The notes under the pieces were generated by a model. It saw only the letters and a list, made by a program, of their open reading frames with translations. It did not search any database and was not told the DNA's origin. A stretch of DNA of 64,000 bases from Raillietiella orientalis (taxonomy: Eukaryota). The translations under genes were made by a program, and so were the position numbers. The stretch covers positions 744,001 to 808,000 of the forward strand of contig JAYWIR010000012.1 in the NCBI GenBank assembly GCA_036172245.1, in the 5' to 3' direction. Positions within the stretch are counted from its first letter, which is position 1. The number at the start of each line of letters is the position of its first letter. Positions 22,701 to 36,081 of this stretch are shown here, one piece after another.

Positions 22701-24503
22701 AGGAGATTACTGCTACAACGTTGCAATCTGATAACTGAAACACTTTCTATAGTCCTTTCAATGAAGAACATTCTACAGAGTTCAGAAGCACTTTCTTGCC
22801 TTCATCTGGCTCCAAAGGATTTCATTCTTGGATGTGACTGTATTCCTTTAAATTGGTTGTTCCATATGAAGTTCTTTCACTCAGCGCATCCTCGTGTTGA
22901 TCACAACCGATTAACAAGAAATCGGTCCAGAAGAAATGCTATACGCTGAGAACCAGCTCAGTAAAATTTCCTCTTTCCTCATCTTCTATGTGGAAAGAGT
23001 AACACACACAAGCAGGGTAGCTGAGCTGAGAGTCTGTTCTCTCTACTAGCGGCTGACCACCGATGCCGCCTCGAAACAGATCTTATTGTAGTTTCCATGG
23101 CAAAAACGGAACTGAAGAACCATTTGCAAAAATAAGTAGAAAAGATCATCCAACTGCATTCTGGAGACAGCCGAATGCAGTTAGACAGGTTGCTTGCCCT
23201 CAGAATCGCGAAAGCAACCGAGTTTGTTTGCTGATCATCCTCTTTGATCATGGAAAGAAATGCCCACGTTGTTGCTTCCCTTCTCTAAACTGTTTTAATC
23301 AGATCAAACTTTGCTTTTAGGTTAGGATTGCTGCCAACTCCATGAATCAACCCTTTTAGAAGAAGCAACGCAGACTTGCTACTGTCGGCTGTTCCCTCTC
23401 CTTTAAGACTCTCTTCAAGACGAGAGGAAAATCCTTTTTTAGCACATATCTGATAACGGCCCCCACAGCCTACTTGTTTGCGTTTCTTCTCACTGCAGAG
23501 GAAGCGTAGAAGTATGAAACTGCAGGTCAGTAACGCCGAGAGCAAGGTTTCCGTTTCCTGACGCTTCCGACATCCAAAAAAAATGCGAAAACGGCTTCAG
23601 TGTCAACCCTACTTCCAGCGACTTCTGAATGAACCAGAACAGAAGAAGCTGCACCCCAGATTTTCATCCTTGTCTTTGTGTTCGGAATTTTGGATACCCT
23701 CTGGACCTCCCCCCTCTCATCATCGCGCAGATACGGAGCAATGCCAAAGACCTTTCAACAGTCTTTGAGCCATGATCAACTCTTCGATGTATGACAAAGA
23801 ACCATTAAGAAGACACGCAATCCGAGTTCCTGCTGTAGCTTCGGAGATTCTCACAATCTCAGAGGAGCGCTGGTCGGTTTCGTGGACCATGTCCTCGTTA
23901 CCATTCGGAAGAATTGCTCATTTGCAGAATGCATATGAGTTCAGAACTTTGCGTATTGGCGTAAAGAAGCTCACCATCAAATGCTCTTTAGTAATGTGTG
24001 CTCCATACGAGAGCCATCAGGGAGAGCGTGACTCAGACTCAGACTTCGTTTAGTGCACCGTGGCAATACTCTCGGGACGAATGGAACCGATGAAAACAAG
24101 AGGCCACCATCAGGAAAACGAAACTCTCCTTTCGGTGCGCGCATGTCATATCTCTTTCTACCGTTTCATAATGACTGCAGTGTGACCACCTGTATGAGAT
24201 GCTGCCCTTGTCCTACTGGAAAGCAGTCAAATTAAAGTTTCGACGGTGGCGAAAGTGAGTTTGCATGAAATATAAGCAGTATTTAAACGCGTACAGTGCT
24301 TGGCAATCCTGAGGAGCACCCAAAGTGCGCGATGAGTTCAAGAAGATTTAAGATGAACGCAAGCATGCCTTCCATCTGAGGGTCCGTAAGTAGAGACATC
24401 CGGTAATGTACATGTGAATGCATTGAAGACAAGCAATGCTTGGTCCATCCTGCCATCTCCTCTTATCACAATGCACGTGAAGCTTTCTTAGAGTTCAGGC
24501 ATC

Positions 24504-26175
24504 TATCAGCACTTTTCTCCAAAGCGTTTCCAACCCTCTTCCTTTGCGAGATGGCGGGAAGCAGGAAGATCACGAGTAGTTAAATCATGAGGCAGATAAC
24601 CAACGATGCAATCCCAAGTTCCCTTCTACAAGGACAACGGCGTTGTCAGAAGCTGCTCAGTATTCTCAATGAAGACCTGAAGTGTCCCCAAAGTTCGGGA
24701 GCAGAAGCACTCTCCTCCAGAGTGGAAAGGGTCCGCACTTCTGCTATTGCACTGGGATCTTTCTTGCTACTCCCGCCAATATCAGTGGACACTGGGGAGT
24801 GCGAACCCGGGCTGACACAGGTGCTGGGAGAGGGAAGCTCTTTCGCAAATGATTGTAGATTGTGCTGCTTTACGGCCCCCGTGGAAATGTTATGGGACGA
24901 CCGTGAGAATCCCGAATAACATCCTCAGAGATGCTGCGGAACTACTCTTCCCTCAGGGTGCCCTACCGCCAGTATCAGCGTTAGCAGTACTTTGGGATTG
25001 TACGCGCCTGGAGTGAGGTTAAAAGGGAACCATCAAGAGAATCCTCATGGCAGCATCTGGTTGGAATCGGGACAGACATCGACGAATACATGCAAAGGAC
25101 GCCCTGCGACAAGTGATCTCATCTCGGTCCCCCCAGATTTTATGGTTCGGATTTCATAAACTCCCTTTCTTTACTTTTACTTTACTTCTCTACTCCTCAG
25201 CCGTGGGGAACCTCTCCGCTCTATACACCGAAAACCTGTGAAAGGTCCGTGAACAAATAAGAGTTTGGTAGGATCACTTGTCCTATCACAATTAATGAGC
25301 TATTTTTAATTGCAATAGTCCCAGCGTGTCTTGGTGAAAAGTAGAAGGCGTCTGCTGTTCGCAAGCAGGTGGACGTTGAAGCACCTTGCGACCAGATGTG
25401 CTGCTCTTGAGCCGGAGATCACGAGCAATCAGCTTCAAAAAACATCGAAAAATTTCCCTCTTTCGGAGCGCCGCTCAAAGCATCTTGAAGAGTAAACCCT
25501 CCAGTCGACGGTCACGATCGAGTCTGACCAAGTTACGACAAGTTGACCGCTCTCGTCCTTCCCCATCCAAACAAACATTGCTCACGGGTAATGCCAACAT
25601 TTTACGCGACTGTACACCCTCCTATGGCGGCGCGAGTCCCGTTGTGAACCTCCTGTAGGAGCACCAAGCTGAAAACAGAGCACCGCTCCTCTTTTCATCG
25701 TCGTGCAGCCCGTCGACATTCCGTCGGGAAACTGAGACGACCCTGAGGACGGGATTGCCTACATCCGTGGCTGAGGAGATTGTGGCGTATTTCCCGCACC
25801 GTGGTGCAAGTGACCTTCCTGCAGCACGGATGACGTTGAAGCGCCTTCTCTGCTTTTTGTCTCCGTACTGCACATTGCCCATTTCTCGGGGGCGAGGATC
25901 ACCTCCGGATTTGTTGTAATGAGAGGCTTGAGAACCCGCACCTTTGAGAGCGGCGCACCCTTTTTAGTTCTTTGCTGACTGAGACCCCAGACCGGGCAAC
26001 AGCGGTGGGACGCAAGAAAGACTTTTCACCTGCCGGCGGATACGCCAAGGACCCACCCAACTGGACGGCGCATGCAAAACAGACAGAACAGCCTTCTGCC
26101 TTATGCAAGAAAGAGGAAAAAGAGGAAAATCCTTTTTTATCAGCACTTTTCTCCAAAGCGTTTCCAACCCTCTTC
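24504..26175. repeat. Identical 38-bp direct repeats (24504-24541, 26138-26175) flanking a decayed minus-strand L1-like ORF1/APE remnant
   Basis: TATCAGCACTTTTCTCCAAAGCGTTTCCAACCCTCTTC occurs at both positions. The enclosed segment has no counterpart in the right arm. The inner sequence has a decayed knuckle (CCRKVTCTTVREIRH). Confidence 0.8.
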
Positions 26176-28904
26176 TTTTCGCAGGCTTCGAGCGGTTGCT
26201 TTTGTTGATCGGTGTACCCATTAGTACCCATTTGTTGCCTTATTTATGCATTTTTCCGTAGTTCTTTCTTGTACGGTCCACGTGACCAATAAGACTTCAA
26301 ATTCCAGTGCTGTACGGCAGTCATTTTCCGTGTCACTTGCAACACCCTGCGGGAGACCTTCCTGTGCTTTCCATAACTTTCCACTTCTGGCAACATTCCC
26401 TCAACCCAGCACTTCTTTCGTCCGTGTCCTTCCACAGGGTACGAAGGACAGTCAACAGTAGCGCAGAATGACACAGTGAAATCCTCGATGTCATTTTGCG
26501 CCAATGCTGACAACGAGCAGTGGCTCACAGCACAGTGCTTCCGTTGCGTGTTGCATTTGCAACCTGCTATCGCGAAGACGCAGAAGCCATCATTTTTTCT
26601 GGATGCACTCGCAACCGAAGGAGCAACGCCTCCATATGCGTGTATTTCATGCTATCGACGAGAGTGAAGTCACGAAGGTTTTCCTTGCTTGTGAGTATCT
26701 TACAAAGATCTCGAGCATCCGATGCTCCTCATTAAAAAATTCAAATTATTGCTTGGCTGAGAGAAGAACAACTGAACAGATACTCACAAGTTGAACAGTT
26801 GTTGCATTGAAATTCATTGGAATGACTCTGCTCGCCCCAAAATCCAAAGCTTTGAATCTCCAATTCGTCCCTCGTTGCTGCATCGAAATTTTTCGAAGGA
26901 AGACATCCTCTACTTCTCGGAAAGATGTGCATATGAGTATTTTAATCCTGTTTTACACTTCCGTTAGGACAAGATCCATTGCATCTTCGCATGTTTTCAA
27001 TTCTCTAAGAGAGAATCACCAAATGAAATCACGAAATTCCTCGTCCATGCAGTTCATTCCCAAAATTCAATGCAAGTAGCAGTGTGCTATACTCGTCAAC
27101 ATATTTTGTACCGCAAGGAAGAGCAACATTTGCAACGAAGATCATTCACGTCAATCCATCGAGGCAGAAAAGATGTATTCACGATGAGCATCGGGCACAG
27201 GCTGCTGCGAAGGCATCTTTTTGTGGATCTGGCGAAGGGATTGAATGGATGAAAAGAAAATGTTTCACAGAAGTGCAGTGAACTTCTTCTTCGGAAAAAG
27301 AAAAGGAAAAGAATGATGGAGGCAATCCTAAGCTGCATGTGCCATGGCTCGAGCCAGCCGCAAAGTTCTCTAGAACTGGCTCCGAACGACATCCCTGAGT
27401 GCCAGTGGATCACATGACCTTGCATGCCGAAAACACCTCTTGTGATCTTGTTTCTAAGATAACATTTTCGCATCTGATGCAAAATGTGGTTGTTATTACC
27501 ATGAAGATCTTCATAGAGGAGATGGTGACAATGACAACAAGATTTCGTGAGAATGGTTGGAAACCATCCTGTCCGAGAACAAAAAATCGGATCGGATTTC
27601 TCTTCTTCCACCGAAAAGAACCGCACCTACTTTGATGTATTCCAATGAAGACAGGGAGCATAGATTTTCAAAGTGCAATTCCATTTCACCTTCGTCTTAA
27701 CGTCACACGGGCCAAACGGCTCGAGAGAGACAAGACGAGATTCGATTTCAAGATGTCCACTTGCGATGGACTGAAAGTCTGAAATTCACGAGAACGCTGG
27801 GTGTGAAGCTACTCAGCTGAGCGACGACTCTTGCTGCCACGAATAGAAAACGGTTCTCACATGAGTTTGAGAGGAGGAGCAGCAAATCTTCCATTCGTTT
27901 CGGCTTCTCAGAATTGATTCCCGCGTGGATACGATCGTTCCTTCCGTTGCTTAGACACAGGTGATGCTTCGCGAAGAGGTTCTTTTGCATACTGAAGAAA
28001 ACCACATCGCATCTACTATGAATTCATGATTCCGGCGCTTTGAAGTGTTCCGGCGTGCATTCCTAATTCACCGCTCTCTCCTCACTCGTTCCTCATTCTG
28101 ACAGCACCTGGTGGCAAAAACTTGAAGCACGAAGGATGTTTCGTGAGACGATTCCGAAAACTGCCGCATCTAAAAACTTCGAGTTCACTCAATGCCCCGT
28201 AGGTGCAAGAACAAAGAGCAAATCGGGGGAATCCCTACAGGCTGTTGAAAAATTCAGAGCCTCCTGGACACACCAATCGTGTAAAGGGTAGATCGTGGAC
28301 GTTCTCTAACCGAGACTCCTCTGCAACGAAGAAAAATCCAGGGTTGTTCGATGAGGATAAAGGTTTCTCATCATCGGATTACTGTTGCCGCAAAAATTCG
28401 GTCTCCACGGACATGTCGGCTCATTTCTTTTTGGTTTGATTCTTTTGAGGAAACTAGTAGCGTCCTCTGGAGTCGAGCATTTCAGTTGTCCTACGTTGAT
28501 AGAGACTTTGTGGGTTCTTCTCTTGGCCGCTTTCCTTCCTGCTTCGTTTCCACATTGTTTGGTTCTTTAAGTGCAATGATTCGATGTTAACCCTTCAGGA
28601 ACAACAGAGCGGCTCGACGATACAGAGGTTCAAAATACTCTTCCGACAGAGTCAGTCTACCCGTGGATATACTTAACTCAGGAACAAATTTCTAAGGGAC
28701 CAGGAAATTAATTGACTGATCCAGGATAGTTCCAAGGACACAGGCTGTTCTACCTACTCTTTAGAGGTAGCCCCTAAGGAAAGGTCTTCCTTATTTTGCC
28801 CGAAGGTAACCCTGAAGCAAACTGCTTCTTGTTTGCTCTCCTGAACGGCTTCCTGGAAGGCAGAACTCTCCCAACAACCTGAAGTGAAGCTTCCAGAAAG
28901 AGGT

Positions 28905-28988
28905 GTTCTTGAAAGAATCAGAGCACCCTTCCAATTTGTGTCGTGGAGTCGACACAAAGTGGAAGGGTGCTCTGATTCCTTCAAGAAC
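28905..28988. repeat. Near-perfect inverted repeat (39-bp stem, 2 mismatches, 6-nt loop)
   Basis: GTTCTTGAAAGAATCAGAGCACCCTTCCAATTTGTGTCG-tggagt-CGACACAAAGTGGAAGGGTGCTCTGATTCCTTCAAGAAC. Confidence 0.95.
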
Positions 28989-29899
28989 TCCAGAGGGTCT
29001 ACTATCATTTTCGGATAGTCAACAGGAATATTCGGACTCAATCGTCCAACCGTCATTTCAACGCCATCATCGAGGCCTCTGTAAGATGTGTAGCGTCCCG
29101 TTTCCTTGTGGATAGCATTCTGATATCCTGATATTGCCATGCGTATCTGATCCACATCCAATGCTACCATCGAGGACTGTGAGACAACCAGCGACCTGCG
29201 TGACAGAAATTTGTACAAAGAGTGCAGTGCACCAACATTGCAAAGTGCTGTGTCATCCATGTTTTGTAATTCATGTACGCCTTTTCGCTATATCGGAAGA
29301 CTGTTTGGACGATGGCAGAATTCCTTATCGAAGACACACTCTGAGATGCAGGAATTTTGTCCTCTTCATGTAGGGAGATCCGTTTCCTTCAGGACAGTGT
29401 CCTGATATCGTCATCCGCATCAGATCTTGTTCTTGAGGTTAAGGCAACAAAAGCAAAGACGGATTGGATTCAGAATTTGATTACCTGTCAGTTACAAGGA
29501 AGCGCAGTGATGCCGACGAGAGGAGCAGAAATTACTCCAGAAAGCAATGCCAACACCTGCGTGAGGTAATTTCGAATGCAAATTGTGGCATTTCGTGTGC
29601 CATCCTTATGCCAACATCTTTTACTTCGGAGGCTGTGCATTGTGGCTCAGGTAGGGAAGCAGGCGAAGGAGTAGATGGCGTTCCCATTTACAGTTTCGCG
29701 CCCTATTTGCTCCACAGGTAAATTAATCAAACCAAAAGTCCCTTTTCCCTCTCCACGAAGCATCCACGTTTCCAAATGATTCTATTGGAAAGTTATCAGG
29801 AGCGAAAAGGAAATGCCCTTAGAAATGGCTTGACGACAGGTGTTTTTCACTGTCCCAAGGATGCCAAGTTTGCGTCAGGACGAGTGTGGCAAGCTGTAG

Positions 29900-32800
29900 T
29901 GGGGAAAACACAAATAGGGATGAGCAATAAAGCGACGATTTGAGTGTTGCGAAAATTCCCTGCAACGAACGCACTTTCACGACACGAGAACGCAGTTGCG
30001 CTTTTTCCCGCATTCATGGATGCAGGAAAATGAATGGAAAGCAAAGCTGAGAACGATGAACAGTTCTCTTTTCCCTTGCACCAACTCCGAGCAACGATCT
30101 CTGCCTGCATTCGATCTCTCGATTGCACGCGCCCGTGCTTGCTTTTCCCTTTCCCACGCTGCTCGTGGAAGTTTTGCACTTCTCCAGCGCATGACGTGTA
30201 ATCTTCATAAGCATCACTAAGCCCTGCGACCAAGCAGCACTTGGGCAATGGCAGCGCCTGCAGCCGTGGCAAACTCATTCTCAGCCACTTCGACGTTGGC
30301 AGTGTCCATGGCAACACAGAGAGCAGGAGAAAGCTTGTTCCCTTGTGCTACCGATATCATTGGGAGGTTTGTTTTTCGTAATTATGCGCGTGAAAACATT
30401 TTTGTGCTTTTGCTCCCCAAAGCATTTTTCTCTTTGGTGCAGTCGGATACAGCAGAATATCTCCGTAAAGCATCTTTGGCTGGCGCGAACTCTCTGCAAA
30501 ATTTCAGACGCTAAGAGCTTTGAAGCGCCTCTAAAATAACGATAGAGCAGCTTTCGTACAGCAACCAGGTGAAAAGCACTCTACAAGAGATCAACACAAA
30601 GCAGCCCTTCCGGAATTCTATGCCGGACAAGAGAGGAGACAAGTGCACCTCGCTCATCAAAAACATCCATCAAATCTGCAGATGCCTCCTCAAAAGTAGA
30701 AGTAGGAACGTAATGGAGATTGAGCGGGCATTCAGCAATGTGTTCGCTTTTCCGGAGATTGGAACGGGGAAACCGCAGGTGTTCGTGCGGCAGAACTATC
30801 CGGGAAAACAGCACCTCATGGCGCTGCACCCCAAAAGAGGGCAGGACAGCCTCATTGATATGAGACGTGAATGCCCGCATTTCTACGTACTGAAAGAAGA
30901 AGCAGATGGCTCCTCTGAATCTGATGTTCCTTCGAAGGATTCAGGTGCACCACCCAAACGTTTCGGTTGATGGCTATCGTCACATCGGCCATCCATTAAG
31001 ATTTAATTTTCCTAGGCTGAAGGATGCCATTCCTGGAAATGGCAAGCGTACGTCGTTTCCAGGTCAAGGGGTATATACAAGCTGAATCAAATGGCATTTC
31101 TTTTGAACAGCCACGCGCTCGCAAGGATGAGGCAAACTCAGTTCAGGTGCAGTTCAGCTCTTGCTCGCAAGATTCAAAAACTTCTTTTGTACTTCAGAGT
31201 ACAAAAGAAAGGCAGCAATGGCAGAGTTAATGAAATATACATCAGTATTTAGGAGCGGCTTTCAGAAAAGTGATGAGGCGGAGAGAAGTGCTGGGAAACC
31301 TTCCTTCGATGTTCCACTTCCTTCAGATTTGTGAGCGGCGTCGAATTTGTAGGAGGAACGCAATTCCTTTGCGGAATTCCCACTATCAGCAATGCTCGGC
31401 GCTGTTCTTGTACAATGAGGAGTTGCTTTCTTCCATGAGAGTTCCAGTGCTGCATCGAGGGCAACGCCTGTTGGAACATGCACGAGAATCTGAAGCCAGC
31501 AGCGGAAACATGGTGCTTGACCCAAATTTCTACGCGATGGAGATTCTCATTTTCTTCCAGCATCCTTGAGAATAGTGTCCCGTCAATCGTCTCTCAGAGC
31601 AACATGGGATTGGCTCAGCCTGGTTGAAACCGTTCCTCAAAGAAGGCAAGGCGACCACTTGCAAACTTCCAATGCCGGAAAAGGTAAACTTGTTAGGACG
31701 ATGAGCTCCAAGAAGAGGAGAACACACAAATCATTACAGGGAAAATGATAAACCGCACATTCTCATGTGTCTCCATGGAGAGGAGATCGCGCATATCAGA
31801 AATTGGAGTTGGATTCTCGTTACGCTCACACGTGGTCTCTCCTCACTTCGAAATGCGTCAGCGAAACGATGCCAAGAGCTTTGTGGGCGATCGAAAGGTG
31901 CTGAAGAGCCAAGAGCGTTTATCATCAAACAGCAACTCGGCACCCACAACTCTCTTCCTACGGTGCGCTACAGACTGGCAATGTTAGGCAGCCATTCACT
32001 GGAATCGTTCCATCCTAACCTGGACATTAACTGAAGCCTCATCCCTTCTCCAGTTTGTAGTACTTCTCGGAACAGATGCTGCACTGTGGTGGGTAGGGAG
32101 TGAAGGAGAGAAATGGAAGATCACATGAGCCTTTGGAGGACACGCCTCTGTCCAGAAGAGGTAAAGCATACGCAAACAGGCGCGTTTCGTAAGCTGGTGG
32201 ATCGTGGTGACGCTCGAGAGACCTGACGTGTGCTCCCCTTTGTCACTCCACTGCTTCCTCTGAGCACGCCAATGGAGGCTCTTGAGATTTCACCAGTTTA
32301 ACCAGCGGCGAAGTGAATTAATCCACTTTTCCAATCTTAGGAACAAATTGTTGGACAAGGAAAAGGAAAGTCTGCTGGCAACTCCTTGAATTCCATCAGG
32401 CAAAGATGGATTTGGGACAAGCGGAGGGAGTGGGTAATAAAAAAAGACGCGAATCGGCGTGCCAATTCCCTGCTCCCTCCTTTTACGTTACTAGGTTACC
32501 AGGATCTTCGCAAGGTGCAGCTGACAGTGAAAAGAAGTGCTTTTTACTACAAGTTCTTTTAGTATTCCAATGGAGAAAGTCTGTCCACCCGTCTGCATTC
32601 TCGGCCTCTTGATGAGAACGCATCTTATGATGCGACGCGACGATGCCTCACTGATAGCAGCAACTGAACTCAGTTTCTCTGTGTGTAGTGAGACGTGATT
32701 TGGATAACCTTTCGGTTTCTTTTTAGGTGGTCTGGTGTGCAATCAACTTCACGGGTATTTCTCGTTTTCACTCGGCCCTCGATGGGTATTCTCACGATGC

Positions 32801-33300
32801 CACGACGTGGAGTATCTCCTTGTTGAGTCGATGTTCTCTTTTTCGGGAGAGGTAACGTTGTGTACGCTGTAAGTCGCCCATCCCATCAGTGGCCCTTCTT
32901 TTGCTGGAATAGGTGATCGTGGGCTCTATCGCCGCTGCGGACTTGGTCTCGGTCTCAAGACTTGGTCTAATTCTTGGATAACAACTTCCACATTTTCAAA
33001 ACTGTTTTCGTGAGATCACAAGAAACCATTCCGTTTGTCAACTTCTGTTTCTCTGAAGTTTTCGTAATCATAAATACGGAGGAATCCTTGGTGGTGTGCA
33101 AATTGAAGAATGCAGAGTTCGGCTGGCGGTTCCGCAAGGAAGTGAGGCACGCGCATGCGCTTTTCTAGTCTTTCCTTTGTCTCGCGTCTTTGGCTTCACG
33201 TAGCTGGAGGCCCTCCTGATAGATGATCGGCGTGCTTTGCACATTGCTGCTCTAGCACGCAAGCTAGTAGCACCGTTGGCACTCGCTTGCGCCCCGTGCA
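29900..33300 (-). mobile_element. Very decayed Ty3/Gypsy-like LTR retrotransposon pol remnant (RT-RNase H-integrase order)
   Basis: Degenerate motifs in the expected order on the minus strand. RT-like CLMINALGSSAPFDR...QFLICAIS (~31750-31950); thumb-like PLLGAHRPNKFTF (~31700); RNase H-like QEQRRALLIV...TNSTPL (~31330-31420); integrase-like PLNLHYVPTSTFEEASADL (~30700), IITKNKPPNDIGSTREQAFS (~30350) and AIERSNA (~30120). No LTRs identified. Confidence 0.5.
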
Positions 33301-33399
33301 ACCTTTCAGCTCACCATTTTCTTGAACATCTTAGTGGAGAGATTAGGGAATGAGGACATGAGGGATCTTGAGGGATCTTGCTCAGGAGGAACAACACTT

Positions 33400-36081
33400 G
33401 CGGCATTCAAAAGCGAAAATGCCACATGTCAGCTGCATCTGGTACAGAGTGACGGGAAGTAGCGACTTACAGGGTAGTCACTGCCTCCGCTCTTTAAAAA
33501 GGAGTAGAACACTTCAGCAAAATGTTTTCTATTGGCACGTCCTTAGGGGGTTCCGTGATCTCCACTGATTTGCGAGCGTAAGCGGAATACTACAGATTCT
33601 GGGTATTTTCCAATCATCCATTGGCGTCCTCGACCGAATTGTTTCTTCTTCCCAGGCACCCTTATTCGTGAGTTAGCAGGAGATCCATGCGTACTCCTGT
33701 GTCAAGGCAACCATCCACCGGAGATCATGACAGTTTGGGAGCAGTCCTAGGAGGCTATGAAGGAGGAACGATGTCGGTTCCCGGGAACAGGTGGTTCCAT
33801 TGGCATAGAATTTCTTTGAAAAACTTTAATAAGTGGTTTATTATTTTTCTACTTCTGCGATGGAACTGGCATTTCATGCCCATCATCCTCAGGAGGAAGG
33901 CCAAGATCACCATCCCAACGTGGAGCGCCCATGTTCTTCCAGAGAACGCGAACCGTTGCACTGACAAAAAGCTTTCCAGAGCAACCTCGGTGCGGCTTTT
34001 AAAGATTCTGGGCAAAGGACTAAGAATAATCAGGAGGGTACAGAGGTGACCACGAACGTGTTCCTTGTGACTGCGTGTTCCGGAAAGAGCAACTTGCCAT
34101 CCTAAAGCAGGCTGAGCACCACGCCTTCTCCGAAAAGAAACCTTCTGACCTTGCCTTGTGCTTGACCATGATCAACCACTCATTAAAGTTTTTGTCTCAT
34201 CTGACTTACTACTTATACGCAACGCACTCTGCACGAGTGCGAGTTCAGCAAGTAGACGATTTATGGCAGTCGATGAAGGATCTGTAGAAGACGCAGCGTT
34301 GCGGACTTACGTAGCCCAAAACTACAAATTTTCACTCCTCTTCAGCACCAATGGGGTGTTGTCCAGTTACGACAGGGATCTGCTCAGGAGGAGCTAAGCG
34401 TGTAGGCATGAGTGGACAACGGTGTGCAGAGCACTTCACCAAAAGTCAGCAACTACGAGGTAGTAAGCGACTTGGCAGAACATACCACGATTCATGCACT
34501 CCAGAGAGGTCCGAACCCTTTCAAGACGTTTCATTCTGTCTATAGGGGACTCGCCGCCGTTTGGCTCACCATGCCGAATCGCAGATCATTCCGAAAGCAG
34601 GTCGACTACGCGTCTGAATTGCAGAAGTTGTCTGCTCACACTTTGAAAGAAATTAAGTACCTGTCCACGGGTATCCCCAGTGATGGCGCTAAACAAGATG
34701 GGACTCAGACTGTCACCTTGCGTAATTCCTCGACTCATTGGCTCGTCGAACGCGTGACGAAAGCTGAAAATAGTGCTGATTTGCGCTCCGCGCCATTATG
34801 AGTGCAAGTACTGCGTCAACAAGGACATTTTTCCAAGGTGCTGCATGTCCGCCAGAAGACCTCCCTCCTCCGTTCTCTATTTTTTGTTTGTCTCACTCCA
34901 CCCCAAATTAAGACTAGAATGAAGGGTCTCCTGAGGAAAGCACTGTAGGGCTCTGTAGCTAACGACCGCAACCTGAACCATTGTGAGTTTCAGCTGCGAG
35001 ACTTGGCTGCCCTGGTGAGAGAAAATACCTGGATCTCCTGTCTCCCCGCAAACTAGACTACCTGGTTTCAGGAGTCAGTTTCCTCGTGGACAAAGATCAA
35101 TGGCTCCAGCTATGTGGACTTCTCCTGCCACCGTAGAGGCATGTACGCTGGCCAGCCCCTGCGGGAGATGGTTTCCAACTTGGTTCCAACAACTGCCTCA
35201 AAGGAGGCAGGAAAAAACAGTTGAAGGTGTGAACATCTCGGGAACTAGCGGACGCTGCGACCCCGAGTGTTCCGCCCAAGAAACTTGTGCGCTCGGGCGA
35301 ACTGCTGGGCATACCCCCAGTGGAGGTGAAGTGGCCCCCAACACATTGGGTCAATGGCACCCTTCCCTTGGCTTGGCAGGAGAAGGCGCTGCTTGTGTTG
35401 CATTGAAGACTCCTTTGCAGAGCACGCCTCTCTCACTGGACCCGTGGGACTGTAGATGCCAATTGTGCTGAGTGCGGAGAGCGGGAATCCTTCCCCCAGC
35501 TGATCATCGAGTGTGTAGTCTTCCACCCCATATGGAATCGACTGTCGTCGATTCTGAACATCTAGGTAGCCGACCCAAAGGCCATTTTCCTTCGCCTCCT
35601 GATGCAAGACGCTTCGCCAGGAGCCGCGTGTGTAGCAGTTGTCTGCTGCATACGCGGAATCCTGGACACATGAACTGCGTCGAGGAGAGGCCACAACAGC
35701 CGGGATGTCATTAACTGGGCAGCCGCCTCCATGGAGAAAGCTTCCCGATGGCACGGCTAAGGACTATTAGACCGACACTTGTCCGCATGCAAAATCGAAT
35801 GCTGAGGAGCAGCCGCGGCGAGCAGTGATCCTTTCCTTTCCCTCACCTACCCCTAAAACATTGCCCCTCCAAATTTTTTTGTTTTTTGTGTCTTTTTTAT
35901 CTGGTTTTCCCACCCTCTTTGCCTGAGAAGAGGACCTGACCGTCCAGCGGTCCGGTAGGCACAGGTGCTGCAAGACAGGCGGAGACACGTGTTCTGCCCG
36001 AATGAACATAAAGACTTTGTTATAAAATTTTACTCTGTTCAGATTTTAATAATAAATGCTCCGGCATATCCGGGTGAAAAA
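33400..36081 (+). mobile_element. Composite decayed L1-like ORF2 (old RT remnant plus better-preserved 3' end)
   Basis: KEIKYLSTGI resembles KYLG at ~34650. The 3' part has a WISCLPAN region, a C-terminal C(A/V)ECGE(R)ES motif at ~35465, TGATCCTTTCC at 35826 and an AATAAA-hairpin end at 36051-36081. Confidence 0.75.

Larger units (their letters stand above)
14420..28450. repeat. Left arm of a large diverged inverted duplication (right arm ~47150-59580)
   Basis: Collinear inverted matches: 14.4-14.9k with 59.1-59.6k; protease-like gene 15.1-19.8k with 55.0-59.0k; 20.0-22.2k with 52.5-54.8k; 23.7-24.4k with 49.0-49.7k; 26.3-27.7k with 47.7-48.95k; 28.0-28.45k with 47.15-47.6k. Confidence 0.85.
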
